This document shows positions 1 to 8,723 of a DNA stretch of 32,000 bases, in pieces (within the stretch, counting starts at the first letter, position 1; the number at the start of each line of letters is the position of its first letter). The DNA lies in contig CP145872.1 of assembly GCA_041941795.1 (NCBI GenBank), forward strand, positions 180,001-212,000. The letters run 5' to 3'. The notes under the pieces are model-generated. The model did no database searches and was not told where the DNA came from. It worked only from the letters and a program-made list of their open reading frames with translations. This DNA comes from Candidatus Saccharimonadota bacterium (lineage in GTDB: Bacteria > Pseudomonadota > Gammaproteobacteria > Enterobacterales > Enterobacteriaceae). Made by a program: the position numbers and the translations under genes.

Positions 1-4
1 TACC

Positions 5-78
5 GCATCCGTAGCTCAGTTGGATAGAGCACTCGGCTACGAACTGAGAGGTCGGAGGTTCGAATCCTTCCGGATGCG
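5..78 (+). tRNA. argV: tRNA-Arg, anticodon ACG
   Basis: Cloverleaf read by eye. Acceptor GCATCCG (5-11) pairs with CGGATGC (71-77). The D-arm is GCTCAGTTGGATAGAGC. The anticodon stem CTCGG/CTGAG carries loop CTACGAA (anticodon ACG). The T-arm is GGAGGTTCGAATCCTTC. It is near-identical to remembered E. coli argV/Y/Z/Q. The discriminator G78 is followed by CAC, so no CCA is encoded. Confidence 0.93.
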
Positions 79-120
79 CACTAAAAATACAGATATAATT
101 TATTTTATGAGAGGATAACT

Positions 121-1704
121 TTGATAGCGGGTCTAGGCAGGATAATTCCCTGGATTAAAGATAATTCAGATCTCTTTCGAAACCTCAAAAGAGGAATAGA
201 ACGGGAAACCCTACGTGTTAAAAGTAATGGAGATATTGCCACTACCTCTCATCCCTATGAGTTAGGATGTCCATTAACACATCAGTGGATTACTACAGAT
301 TTTGCCGAGGCTCTGTTAGAATTTATCACTCCCACCGAGAGTAATATTAATAAACTCCTAATTATGTTGAGAGATATTCACCGCTATGTCTCTCAGGTTT
401 TGAATAAAGAACGACTATGGGCACTAAGTATGCCGGGGTTTATAAACAAGGCAGATGATATTATGATTGCTCAATATGGTAATTCTAATCTGGGTCGAAT
501 GAAAACTTTATATCGAGAAGGCTTAAAAAAAAGATATGGAACAATGATGCAAATAATTTCTGGAGTACACTATAATTTTTCAGTACCCCTGAAATTTTGG
601 CAAGCATGGGCCGGAGTAAAAAACATGGAGAAAGGAAAGGAAAAAATTTCGGCTGGTTATCTCCAATTAATTCGTAACTATTATCGATTTGGATGGATTA
701 TCCCATATCTGTTCGGTGCTTCCCCTGCAATTTGCTCTTCCTTTTTACAGGGACAGAAGAGTATTTTTTGTTTTGAACATCATGATTCCGGAATGTTGTA
801 TTTACCATTTGCCACTTCATTGCGTCTGAGCACTCTAGGATACACGAGTAAGTTACAAAATAACTTAGATATTAATCTAAATAATTTAAATAATTATGTT
901 CATAGCCTGAAAACAGCTATTAACACATCTTCTAAGAAATATTGTCGAGTAGGATTGAAGCAAAATGGTCATTATTTACAACTCAATACTAATAAATTAC
1001 AAATGGAGAATGAGTTTTATGCTCCCATTCGTCCTAAACGTATAAATTATGAGGGGGAAACTCTTTGCGAAGCACTTAGCAGACGTGGAATTGAATATGT
1101 AGAAGTACGCTCTCTAGATATTAATCCCTTTTCACCGATTGGGATTGATGCCGAACAAATAAGATTTTTAGATTTGTTTCTCTGGTGGTGTTTACTAAGA
1201 GACGCAAGGGAAATTAGCAAAAAAGAACTTCTGTTAATACGTCAAAACTGGGAAAAAATTATTTTATATGGACGAAAACCCGGTCAAAACATTAAGATAA
1301 TACAGCAAAATGGAAGAATTAATACTGTACTATCTATGAGCATAGTACAAGCAGGAAAAGAACTTTTTCGAGATTTAAAAATCATTGCCGAAATTATTGA
1401 TAGTACAGAAAATAATGATGAGTATCAGAAGACTTGTGATTCCTTGATCAGGATGGTGGAAAATTCAGAACTAACTTATTCTTCAAGAATTTTAAAATTA
1501 ATGATGGATGAAGGTCTAATAAAAATAGGTATTGCATTATCAGAAAAATATCATTCTCTCTTAACAAAAGAAAAATATGAAATTTTTAACCAAAAAATTT
1601 TTGATAATGAGGCGATATTATCATGTAAGCGCCAGAATCAAATGGAGACATCAGAAAATATCGACTTCGATACTTTTCTGGCCCAAAGAAATTTAAAAGG
1701 ATAA
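121..1704 (+). CDS. gshA: Glutamate-cysteine ligase (gamma-glutamylcysteine synthetase)
   Basis: The 527-aa ORF aligns colinearly from residue 1 with E. coli GshA (MI...RGxERETLRV, WITTDFAEALLEFITP, YAPIRPKR, EVRSLDINPFSPIG). The TTG start sits at the same aligned position as the known E. coli gshA TTG start. A GAGAGGA Shine-Dalgarno lies about 7 nt upstream. Confidence 0.95.
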   Translation: MIAGLGRIIPWIKDNSDLFRNLKRGIERETLRVKSNGDIATTSHPYELGCPLTHQWITTDFAEALLEFITPTESNINKLLIMLRDIHRYVSQVLNKERLWALSMPGFINKADDIMIAQYGNSNLGRMKTLYREGLKKRYGTMMQIISGVHYNFSVPLKFWQAWAGVKNMEKGKEKISAGYLQLIRNYYRFGWIIPYLFGASPAICSSFLQGQKSIFCFEHHDSGMLYLPFATSLRLSTLGYTSKLQNNLDINLNNLNNYVHSLKTAINTSSKKYCRVGLKQNGHYLQLNTNKLQMENEFYAPIRPKRINYEGETLCEALSRRGIEYVEVRSLDINPFSPIGIDAEQIRFLDLFLWWCLLRDAREISKKELLLIRQNWEKIILYGRKPGQNIKIIQQNGRINTVLSMSIVQAGKELFRDLKIIAEIIDSTENNDEYQKTCDSLIRMVENSELTYSSRILKLMMDEGLIKIGIALSEKYHSLLTKEKYEIFNQKIFDNEAILSCKRQNQMETSENIDFDTFLAQRNLKG

Positions 1705-2551
1705 ATAAAGAAATGAGAAAAATTTGATTAAGTATTAGTATGTAGTATTACATCACTTTACTAACTAAAGAAAGAGGGGGGGACCGCAAATTAGTTTTTG
1801 GAATCTTCTGGCAGTTGGATCAGTTATCTTCTTCACTAACGGGTAAGAAGAATATAGTTATCGGACAAATCATTTTTATGGAAATATCTAAAATAGATGA
1901 TACTTAAGTAATCAGATGTTCTGGATTTAGAAATACCGATCTTCTCAACAGAGAAGAGAAGAATGTACCCAATACAATAATGTCCTGTAAAATAAAAATT
2001 TATTAGCTGGTCACCAGGACGTAATGTTATTACGCATCCAACAACTCTATGAATTTATTTTTATCTTGGCAGGGTGTATTGGATATCATTATATATGGAA
2101 GATAAAAATCTCGATAAAATCCTTTAAATCCTAAAAAAATTCAATTCAACAAAAAAGAATTTTTCTTCCAATTCTTTTATTAGGCCCGAGCACAAGGTAA
2201 TATAAACAATATCTCCTAATAAAAATATTAAAATTACACAAGATAAGTATGAGAATACAAATTCTTCCTTGTGGTTCGTGAGTACGAATGTCTCGCTCGA
2301 GATAAAAAGTAATACCGAAAATAAGAAAAAAGATTATTTTGTAAATATTAAAAAGGGTCTTATAAAGACAAGAAAAACTTTGATTTTTTATCATTCATGA
2401 AAAATATAAATAAATGACAAATAAGTAAATGAAGTGGTTTATTCAAGGTAGTACTCTAAATTTATCTGCTTGAAGAACTAAATGAAATAATAATTTCAGT
2501 TAGGTAAGATTTAGCTATTGCCTATAGATATTAGAAGAGGAAAAATAAGTT

Positions 2552-2800
2552 ATGATAATAGTTCGGTTAGCACGTCATGGAGCTAAAAAAAAACCTTTCT
2601 ATAAAGTAGTGGTAACTGATAAGCGTAATCCGCGAAACGGAAGATTTATTGAACGCGTAGGATTTTTTAATCCTATAGCTAACAGAGATAAAGGACTGAT
2701 CTTAAATTTAGATCGCATTGTTTATTGGATGAATCAAGGAGCTCAACTATCAGAACGAGTTCTTTATTTAATAAAGAAACATAAAAATTCTCGGGGATAA
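2552..2800 (+). CDS. rpsP: 30S ribosomal protein S16
   Basis: The 82-aa ORF begins [21 protein letters not shown] and contains FNP, like E. coli S16 and of the same length. It is the first gene of the conserved rpsP-rimM-trmD-rplS order. A purine-rich RBS lies upstream. Confidence 0.96.
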   Translation: MIIVRLARHGAKKKPFYKVVVTDKRNPRNGRFIERVGFFNPIANRDKGLILNLDRIVYWMNQGAQLSERVLYLIKKHKNSRG

Positions 2801-2833
2801 AGATATTTTACTTACAGTCGGGGGAATACTTCT

Positions 2834-3394
2834 ATGAAAACACCACTTGCTGAAGTTATTTCTTCTAATAAGATTAACAATCTAGTCGTTTTAGGAAAGA
2901 TAAGTAGTCCTTACGGAATAAGGGGATGGCTGAAGATTAATTCGTATACTGATAAAAAAGAGAATATTATTTCTTATCAACCGTGGATTATTCATTTGAA
3001 TAATGAATATCATGAGATAAAATTGGAAGACTGGAAAACTGGGAAGAGTAGTTTTATTATTAAAATTAAAGGTTATAACACTCGAGAGGAGTCAAGCAAG
3101 TTTAGTAATACTAATATTATAGGTGATTCAAGTGTATTTCCTCTTCTCGAGGACGGAGAATATTACTGGACAGAACTTATAGGTTGCCATGTAATAACAA
3201 AAGAAGGATGTAATCTGGGAACAGTATTAGAATTGTTATCCACAGGATCTAATGATGTGCTAGTCGTTCACTCTTCTCTGATAAAAAATAAACAACAATT
3301 GTTAATTCCCTTTATCAAACAGGAAGTTATTAAAACTATTGATATCTTCTCAAGATATATTGAAATTACTTGGGAAAAAAAATTTTTTACCTGA
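2834..3394 (+). CDS. rimM: 16S rRNA processing protein RimM
   Basis: The 186-aa ORF sits between rpsP and trmD. N-terminal VLGKISSPYGIRGWLKI and the later GYYWxELIGC-type segment match the RimM family. Size is similar to E. coli RimM (182 aa). Confidence 0.9.
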   Translation: MKTPLAEVISSNKINNLVVLGKISSPYGIRGWLKINSYTDKKENIISYQPWIIHLNNEYHEIKLEDWKTGKSSFIIKIKGYNTREESSKFSNTNIIGDSSVFPLLEDGEYYWTELIGCHVITKEGCNLGTVLELLSTGSNDVLVVHSSLIKNKQQLLIPFIKQEVIKTIDIFSRYIEITWEKKFFT

Positions 3395-3412
3395 AAATAA
3401 GATATATATAAT

Positions 3413-4159
3413 ATGTGGATCGGTATTGTGACGTTATTTCCTAAAATGTTTCAGGCAATTACGAACTATGGAATTACTAGTCGTGCCCATAAAAATGGCT
3501 TCCTAGATATTCACTACTGGAATCCTCGGGATTTTACTACCGATAAATATCGGACTGTAGATGATCATCCATATGGTGGAGGAAGTGGAATGTTAATGAT
3601 GTTTCCTCCTCTTCGGGAAGCAATTCAGGCAGCAAAATCATCCAAAATTCCTGCTCCTCAAGTGCTGTATCTTTCTCCTCAAGGACGTCAACTAGATCAA
3701 TCCGGAGTCAATGAACTAGCAAAGAAAAAAAATATAATTTTAGTATGTGGTCGATACCAAGGAATCGATGAACGTATTATTCAATATGATATCGATGAAG
3801 AGTGGTCCGTGGGAGATTATATTTTAAGTGGAGGAGAATTAGCTGCAATGATATTAATAGACGCTCTTTGCCGTCTGATTCCAGGAGTTTTGGAAAGTAG
3901 CAATTTCGTTCGAGAAGAATCTTTTTTTAGAGGTTTACTAGAACATCCTCATTACACACGACCCCAAATATTTCAAGGAATAAAAGTTCCGACTATCCTA
4001 TTATCAGGTCATCATCATAAAATTTATCGATGGAGATTAAAACAATCATTAGGACGTACCTGGATAAGAAGACCTGACCTTCTCGAAAAGGTGAATCTTA
4101 ATAAAGAGGAGGAACAATTATTAGAAGAATTCCAGGACGAATGGATGAATAATAAATAA
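3413..4159 (+). CDS. trmD: tRNA (guanine37-N1)-methyltransferase
   Basis: The 248-aa ORF begins [13 protein letters not shown]. It contains [39 protein letters not shown] and HPHYTRP, colinear with E. coli TrmD. Confidence 0.95.
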   Translation: MWIGIVTLFPKMFQAITNYGITSRAHKNGFLDIHYWNPRDFTTDKYRTVDDHPYGGGSGMLMMFPPLREAIQAAKSSKIPAPQVLYLSPQGRQLDQSGVNELAKKKNIILVCGRYQGIDERIIQYDIDEEWSVGDYILSGGELAAMILIDALCRLIPGVLESSNFVREESFFRGLLEHPHYTRPQIFQGIKVPTILLSGHHHKIYRWRLKQSLGRTWIRRPDLLEKVNLNKEEEQLLEEFQDEWMNNK

Positions 4160-4167
4160 AAAAATCA

Positions 4168-4184
4168 CTCCTATTACATAGGAG
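4168..4184 (+). other. Perfect 7-bp hairpin (CTCCTAT-TAC-ATAGGAG) in the trmD-rplS spacer
   Basis: The inverted repeat was read directly from the sequence, 9 nt after the trmD stop and 22 nt before the rplS ATG. Its function (mRNA processing, stability or coupling element) is only inferred. Confidence 0.3.
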
Positions 4185-4206
4185 AATATCTATAAAGAGA
4201 TCAAAG

Positions 4207-4554
4207 ATGTGTATTCTAAATCAAATAGAAAAAAAACAAATGAATAAAGCATTACCCTCTTTAAAAATAGGGGATTCAATAGAAGTCAAAGTATGGGTAG
4301 TAGAAGGTTCTAAAAAACGTTTGCAATCGTTTGAAGGATTAATAATTTCGATACGAAATAGAGGACTAAATACTTCCTTTACTGTTCGAAAAATTACTCA
4401 TGGAGTAGGAGTAGAAAAAATTTTTCCACAGTATTCCCCGATAATTGACAGTATTACAATCAAACGAAGAGGTTCAGTACGAAAAGCTAAATTATATTAT
4501 CTACGTAATCGTTCCGCGAAATCTGCTCGCATAAAAGAACGCCTTCCTTTCTAA
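4207..4554 (+). CDS. rplS: 50S ribosomal protein L19
   Basis: The 115-aa ORF has the same length as E. coli L19. [38 protein letters not shown] and ARIKERL are nearly identical. Confidence 0.96.
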   Translation: MCILNQIEKKQMNKALPSLKIGDSIEVKVWVVEGSKKRLQSFEGLIISIRNRGLNTSFTVRKITHGVGVEKIFPQYSPIIDSITIKRRGSVRKAKLYYLRNRSAKSARIKERLPF

Positions 4555-4563
4555 GAAAGGAAG
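4543..4563. terminator. Candidate bidirectional intrinsic terminator between convergent rplS and recC
   Basis: A perfect 9-bp stem CTTCCTTTC/GAAAGGAAG has a 3-nt loop TAA, which is the rplS stop codon (4552-4554). A T-rich tract follows on the + strand (tacgTTTGTTAATTTTT) and a moderately T-rich tract on the - strand. It lies in the 33-bp gap between the two convergent stops. Confidence 0.45.
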
Positions 4564-4587
4564 CCTACGTTTGTTAATTTTTAGTTA

Positions 4588-7500
4588 TTAACCATTATGC
4601 TTATTAAAAATCATTAATGGTAATAACCATTTTTCTGCATTTTTAATTATCTCTTGTATTTGTAATTCATTTAATGAACTACCCAATAATCGTTGTAAAT
4701 ACGGATCGTTGCTTTCTCCTCCTCTCTGGGGAGAATTTAACCATGTTCGAAAAATTTTTTGATGGGCTTTAAATTTAGTTATTTTGTCATAACAAATAGT
4801 AGCTGTTTTAACATTAAAACTAGCTTTGAGCCATGCGCTACTACTCTGTGGTAGTAATAACAGAGGTTTTCTTAGTCCTAGTTGATAACCCTTAATAAAA
4901 TATATCAGCCACTCAGTTGCTTCCGTTCTAGTAATACCACTAAAACACCATTGGGTGTTATTGGGACCGAACATTCTACTAGTGCCCGCTTTATTATTTA
5001 TAACACAACAGTAGATTAGATGTTCTAGCCATAATCTCAAACCATCTTGTAAATTAAGAGGTCTAGGACGCCAACGCAGTAACCCATCATCTTGGACCTG
5101 TGATAAATACCCTAATAAACGTATTCCTCCTGAAAGGCAAAAATTAATTGGTTTTCGGTAGATGGTAGTACAATAATACTCTCTTATTTGCTGTGCTAAG
5201 TAGTTTAATCTTGTCTGTTGTTTATCCCAGTAAATTTCTTTAAATATAGTGCTCTCAGTAATGGTTTGGTCCGCTAGATATTGATTTTGTAAATATTGAG
5301 TATTTTCCCCCTTAATTAAAGCAGATAATAATTTGTGATTAATTTCATATCTTTTGCTTCGTTCTACAGCTAAAGACCTATAATTAGAATTAGGGATCCA
5401 TTCTTCTTTGGTAAGAAAATTTACTCCTAAATTTTTCTGTAAAAAAGCCCGGATGGGATGGTGCCAGAAAAAAAGAAATTGTTGGATATTTAGTTCCTGT
5501 AATGCAGAATTTTTAGAAAAAGACTTATTTTTACAATTGTCTTGATTGATGCAAGAGAGCGGAGTTGTCATTGGATCTCGTAAATATAACTCCTCGGAAA
5601 AATGACTGGTATAACCTAACTTAGTATGGATACATACTAAGTGTTCTCTGACTAGTTGAGCACTTCTATCTACGTTGAGAGGGGAAGGTGATGGTAAAGC
5701 AAAACTTTGTGATATATAATTTATTAATTCTCTTACTAGGACTGAGGGTAACTGGATTTTGTTGTCCTGAAAAACATGATCAACATAACTAATATAAAAT
5801 ATGTTACGTGCAGATAGTAAAGATTCAAGAAATAAATATCTGTCCTCCTCACGTATATTCCTATCTCCTCGCTGAGGAAATGATGACATTAAATTAAAAC
5901 CTACGGTAGGACTACTACGAGGGTATACTCCTTCATTCATGCCTAAAAGGCAAACTATTTTAAATGGTAAGGATCGCATAGGAATCAGGGAACTAAAATT
6001 AATCCCTTCAGTCAAGAACTTTGCGTTAATCTTGATATTATCAAGTCGTGTGATGAATTTATCACATAATAACATACAGTGAATATTCTCAGGATAAAAT
6101 ATCCCTTCTAATAACATTTGACGCCACTGATTTTCCAGAAATACACACAACCTTTCAGTATTTTTATCCTGGATAAAAATAAAATCATTAACTAAATCTG
6201 TACATATTGTCATCCACTGACTTATAATTCGCTTCTCTGATAGGAATTTTCGCCACTGACATAATTTTTTTACTATTCGATAGATTTTATTTGCTAATTT
6301 AATCTCATAATTATCGAAATTTGTTATTTCTTCTTCAGGAATCAATGAGACAGAAACAGAATTGGAATTCAACCAATTCTCATTTTTTATATTTTTCCAT
6401 ATAAAACTATATTTATCTGCCTGCGATCGAATCTTACATAAATCATTTTCATTAATATTAAAATTTAATATTATTTCTGGAACGTCCAATACTGAAAATA
6501 TATACTCTGAAGTAAAAGTCTGTATTTCAGATAATTTAAGTAAATTAATAAACACATGTAATAGAGGATACGTTTGAACCATGCTGACATCAGAAATGTA
6601 AAAGGGCAAGGAATATGTTGAAGACATTTGTCCAAAAACTGCTTGAATAAATGGATAATAATCATCTATATCTGCTACCATGACAATTATATCAGTGGGT
6701 GTTAATGTGCTGTCTTTATTCATAAAAGTTACTAAATTTTGGTGGAGTATTTCTACTTCATGATGCTTATTTATACACCTATGAATACTAATCGAATTAT
6801 CTTTCGGTTTTAGTGATCTTTTTTTGTGACTATTACTGAAAGTGTCAGGTGTAATACCTAAAATACTATTATCTTCTAATTCTAATATATCCCGTTGAAT
6901 TAAACTGAGTAAATTTTCTCCGGGTATATCAACAAACGCTTCTATTTCATCTGTCTCTATTTTTGAGAGCCAATACAGATAATCACTCCCTAATTTGCCC
7001 CACGAAGCCAGGAGAGGGTTATGAGATTGTCGTTCTGAATTTAATAAAGAATATTTGAGTTGTTCAAACAAGAATTGACTTTGATGTTTACGTTTTTTCC
7101 AGTTAATAACTCCTAACATAGGGGGATCAATAATATCCATCCAGTAATATCGACAAGGATTAGTGTTCATTAAATGAATATCCATATATTTACTGAGAGA
7201 ATGTAAAAACTTCAGATATAGTGGACTGACTGTTGAAATTCCGACTATAAAGATTCGTTCAGGTAAAATTGGAGACTTACTGACTTTTAATTTGGAGATA
7301 AATATCTGATACACATTCGCTAAATGTAAAATTGGTTGATATTGATCCTTATACTTAGCTACTAAAGTAGACCAAAGGATAGCTTGCCACTGTTGATCTT
7401 TATGATCAAGTTTAATTAAATTGCCCTTTTCCCAATTCCTTATCCATTCCGGTCGATAAATCAAGTAATGTTCATACATTTCAGCAATCTTACAGGATAA

Positions 7501-7887
7501 TTGAAAAATTTTTCGGGAAATTGTCATTTCTGGTTCTAAGGATAGGTATGCTTCAAATATTTTAAATTCTTTTTTCTTAAGTAAGAAAGGAAGTATTTCT
7601 AATATTTTCCAAATCATAGTATCTTTATTTACTAAAGTAGTTTCGGATATATCTGGTAACACGTTTCTCACCATAGTCCAGATAAATTCCTCCGGAAAAT
7701 AAAATCTAATATTTCCTGATAATCCCAATTGTTTGGCTAATGATATTTGGACCCATTGGGCAACATCATTACTTGGCACTAAAATAGTTTCGGCAATTAA
7801 AGGATCATTTAAAGGATTATTTTTCCAATGATATGCTACCAGCTGAGTGAGAAGTTCGAGATGATTAGAATGGTATATCCGAAACAT
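4588..7887 (-). CDS. recC: Exodeoxyribonuclease V gamma subunit (RecBCD enzyme subunit RecC)
   Basis: The 1099-aa uninterrupted ORF has an N-terminus MFRIYHSNHLELL...ILVPSNDVAQWVQISLA...LMNTNPCRYYW colinear with E. coli RecC (1122 aa). It lies downstream of lgt-thyA as in E. coli. Confidence 0.92.
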   Translation of the reverse strand: MFRIYHSNHLELLTQLVAYHWKNNPLNDPLIAETILVPSNDVAQWVQISLAKQLGLSGNIRFYFPEEFIWTMVRNVLPDISETTLVNKDTMIWKILEILPFLLKKKEFKIFEAYLSLEPEMTISRKIFQLSCKIAEMYEHYLIYRPEWIRNWEKGNLIKLDHKDQQWQAILWSTLVAKYKDQYQPILHLANVYQIFISKLKVSKSPILPERIFIVGISTVSPLYLKFLHSLSKYMDIHLMNTNPCRYYWMDIIDPPMLGVINWKKRKHQSQFLFEQLKYSLLNSERQSHNPLLASWGKLGSDYLYWLSKIETDEIEAFVDIPGENLLSLIQRDILELEDNSILGITPDTFSNSHKKRSLKPKDNSISIHRCINKHHEVEILHQNLVTFMNKDSTLTPTDIIVMVADIDDYYPFIQAVFGQMSSTYSLPFYISDVSMVQTYPLLHVFINLLKLSEIQTFTSEYIFSVLDVPEIILNFNINENDLCKIRSQADKYSFIWKNIKNENWLNSNSVSVSLIPEEEITNFDNYEIKLANKIYRIVKKLCQWRKFLSEKRIISQWMTICTDLVNDFIFIQDKNTERLCVFLENQWRQMLLEGIFYPENIHCMLLCDKFITRLDNIKINAKFLTEGINFSSLIPMRSLPFKIVCLLGMNEGVYPRSSPTVGFNLMSSFPQRGDRNIREEDRYLFLESLLSARNIFYISYVDHVFQDNKIQLPSVLVRELINYISQSFALPSPSPLNVDRSAQLVREHLVCIHTKLGYTSHFSEELYLRDPMTTPLSCINQDNCKNKSFSKNSALQELNIQQFLFFWHHPIRAFLQKNLGVNFLTKEEWIPNSNYRSLAVERSKRYEINHKLLSALIKGENTQYLQNQYLADQTITESTIFKEIYWDKQQTRLNYLAQQIREYYCTTIYRKPINFCLSGGIRLLGYLSQVQDDGLLRWRPRPLNLQDGLRLWLEHLIYCCVINNKAGTSRMFGPNNTQWCFSGITRTEATEWLIYFIKGYQLGLRKPLLLLPQSSSAWLKASFNVKTATICYDKITKFKAHQKIFRTWLNSPQRGGESNDPYLQRLLGSSLNELQIQEIIKNAEKWLLPLMIFNKHNG

Positions 7888-7917
7888 AAAATTACTCTGT
7901 CTAATACTTTAAATATG

Positions 7918-8712
7918 TTATATGGCTACTTTAGCAGGCAGTTTTGGATAAGGATCATATCCAATAATTTGAAAGTCACTAAATAAATAGCCAAAAATAG
8001 AAGAGGGCTTTCGCTTAATTATCAATTTTGGGAGCGCATGGGGAAGTCGGGTCATTTGTATTTTTGCTTGTTCTATATGATTAGAGTAAAGATGTATATC
8101 GCCTCCCGTCCATATTAATTCTCCGACTTCTAAATTACATTGGTGAGCAAAAATATTTAATAACAGTGCATAACTGGCAATATTGAAAGGTAGTCCCAAA
8201 AATATATCACAAGAACGCTGATAAACTTGGCAAGAAATTTTCTTATCTAGAATATAAAACTGAAATAGTACATGACAAGGAGCTAAGGACATTAAATGTA
8301 ATTCTCCTACATTCCAAGCAGATACTATAAGTCGCCTAGAATTTGGTTCTTGTTTAATCTGTTTGATCACTTGGCTAATTTGATCAATTGTATCTCCCTT
8401 AGTTGTCTCCCAACAGCGCCATTGTTTACCGTAAATTGGTCCTAACCTGCCTTGATCGTCGGCCCATTCATCCCAAATGGAAATCTGGTGTTGATTTAAC
8501 CAAGCGATGTTAGTATCGCCCTTTAGAAACCATAATAATTCATATATAATAGATCTTATATGGCATAACTTAGTAGTCACTAGGGGAAACCCCCTTTTTA
8601 AATCAAAACGCATTTGATATCCAAAGATCGATCTGGTTCCAATCCCCGTACGATTACTTTTACTTCTTCCTTCTCTTAATACTTTATTCATTAATTGAAG
8701 ATATTCTTTCAT
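7918..8712 (-). CDS. thyA: Thymidylate synthase
   Basis: The 264-aa ORF has the same length as E. coli ThyA. Matching segments are [15 protein letters not shown], the catalytic-Cys motif [29 protein letters not shown] and the C-terminal AKVAI. Confidence 0.96.
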   Translation of the reverse strand: MKEYLQLMNKVLREGRSKSNRTGIGTRSIFGYQMRFDLKRGFPLVTTKLCHIRSIIYELLWFLKGDTNIAWLNQHQISIWDEWADDQGRLGPIYGKQWRCWETTKGDTIDQISQVIKQIKQEPNSRRLIVSAWNVGELHLMSLAPCHVLFQFYILDKKISCQVYQRSCDIFLGLPFNIASYALLLNIFAHQCNLEVGELIWTGGDIHLYSNHIEQAKIQMTRLPHALPKLIIKRKPSSIFGYLFSDFQIIGYDPYPKLPAKVAI

Positions 8713-8723
8713 GGCAATATATT

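Noticed and set aside
1811-1860. CAGTTGGAT (1813-1821), identical to the tRNA D-loop motif, followed by a hairpin. It was considered as a degraded tRNA.
   Set aside because: No acceptor stem, anticodon arm of correct geometry (the stem has 7 bp and an 11-nt loop) or T-arm (GTTCGAAT-like) could be found. A 9-mer match alone is insufficient.
2024-2134. 36-aa plus-strand ORF (MLLRIQQLYEFIFILAGCIGYHYIWKIKISIKSFKS) with one hydrophobic segment, a possible small membrane protein.
   Set aside because: Hydrophobic mini-ORFs arise readily by chance in AT-rich sequence. It has only a weak AGGA 4 nt upstream, and conservation cannot be checked here.
2146-2394. 82-aa ORF on the minus strand inside the gshA-rpsP spacer.
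   Set aside because: Its composition is low-complexity and rich in Ile, Phe, Leu, Lys and Asn, as expected from random AT-rich DNA. It has no Shine-Dalgarno and no recognisable family motif. The opposite strand is also stop-free over the same span, which points to a compositional artefact.
2206-2400. Stop-free plus-strand frame whose translation (..KKDYFVNIKKGLIKTRKTLIF..) resembles the FtsY motif GFFARLKRSLLKTKENL at the start of the NG domain.
   Set aside because: The similarity covers only about 20 residues in a Lys-rich context. There is no start codon, and stops in all frames follow immediately where the GTPase domain should be. FtsY is not a neighbour of either flanking gene in E. coli.
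3236-3244. Perfect DnaA-box consensus TTATCCACA inside rimM, with 7/9 matches near 3416 and 12579.
   Set aside because: This is a single isolated 9-mer within a coding region. About one such occurrence per window is expected by chance at this composition. There is no cluster, no adjacent AT-rich unwinding element and no origin-type gene context.
6362-6665. Two short ORFs (71 aa on the plus strand, 64 aa on the minus strand out of frame) inside recC.
   Set aside because: They are fully nested in a well-supported 1099-aa gene, are low complexity and have no motifs.
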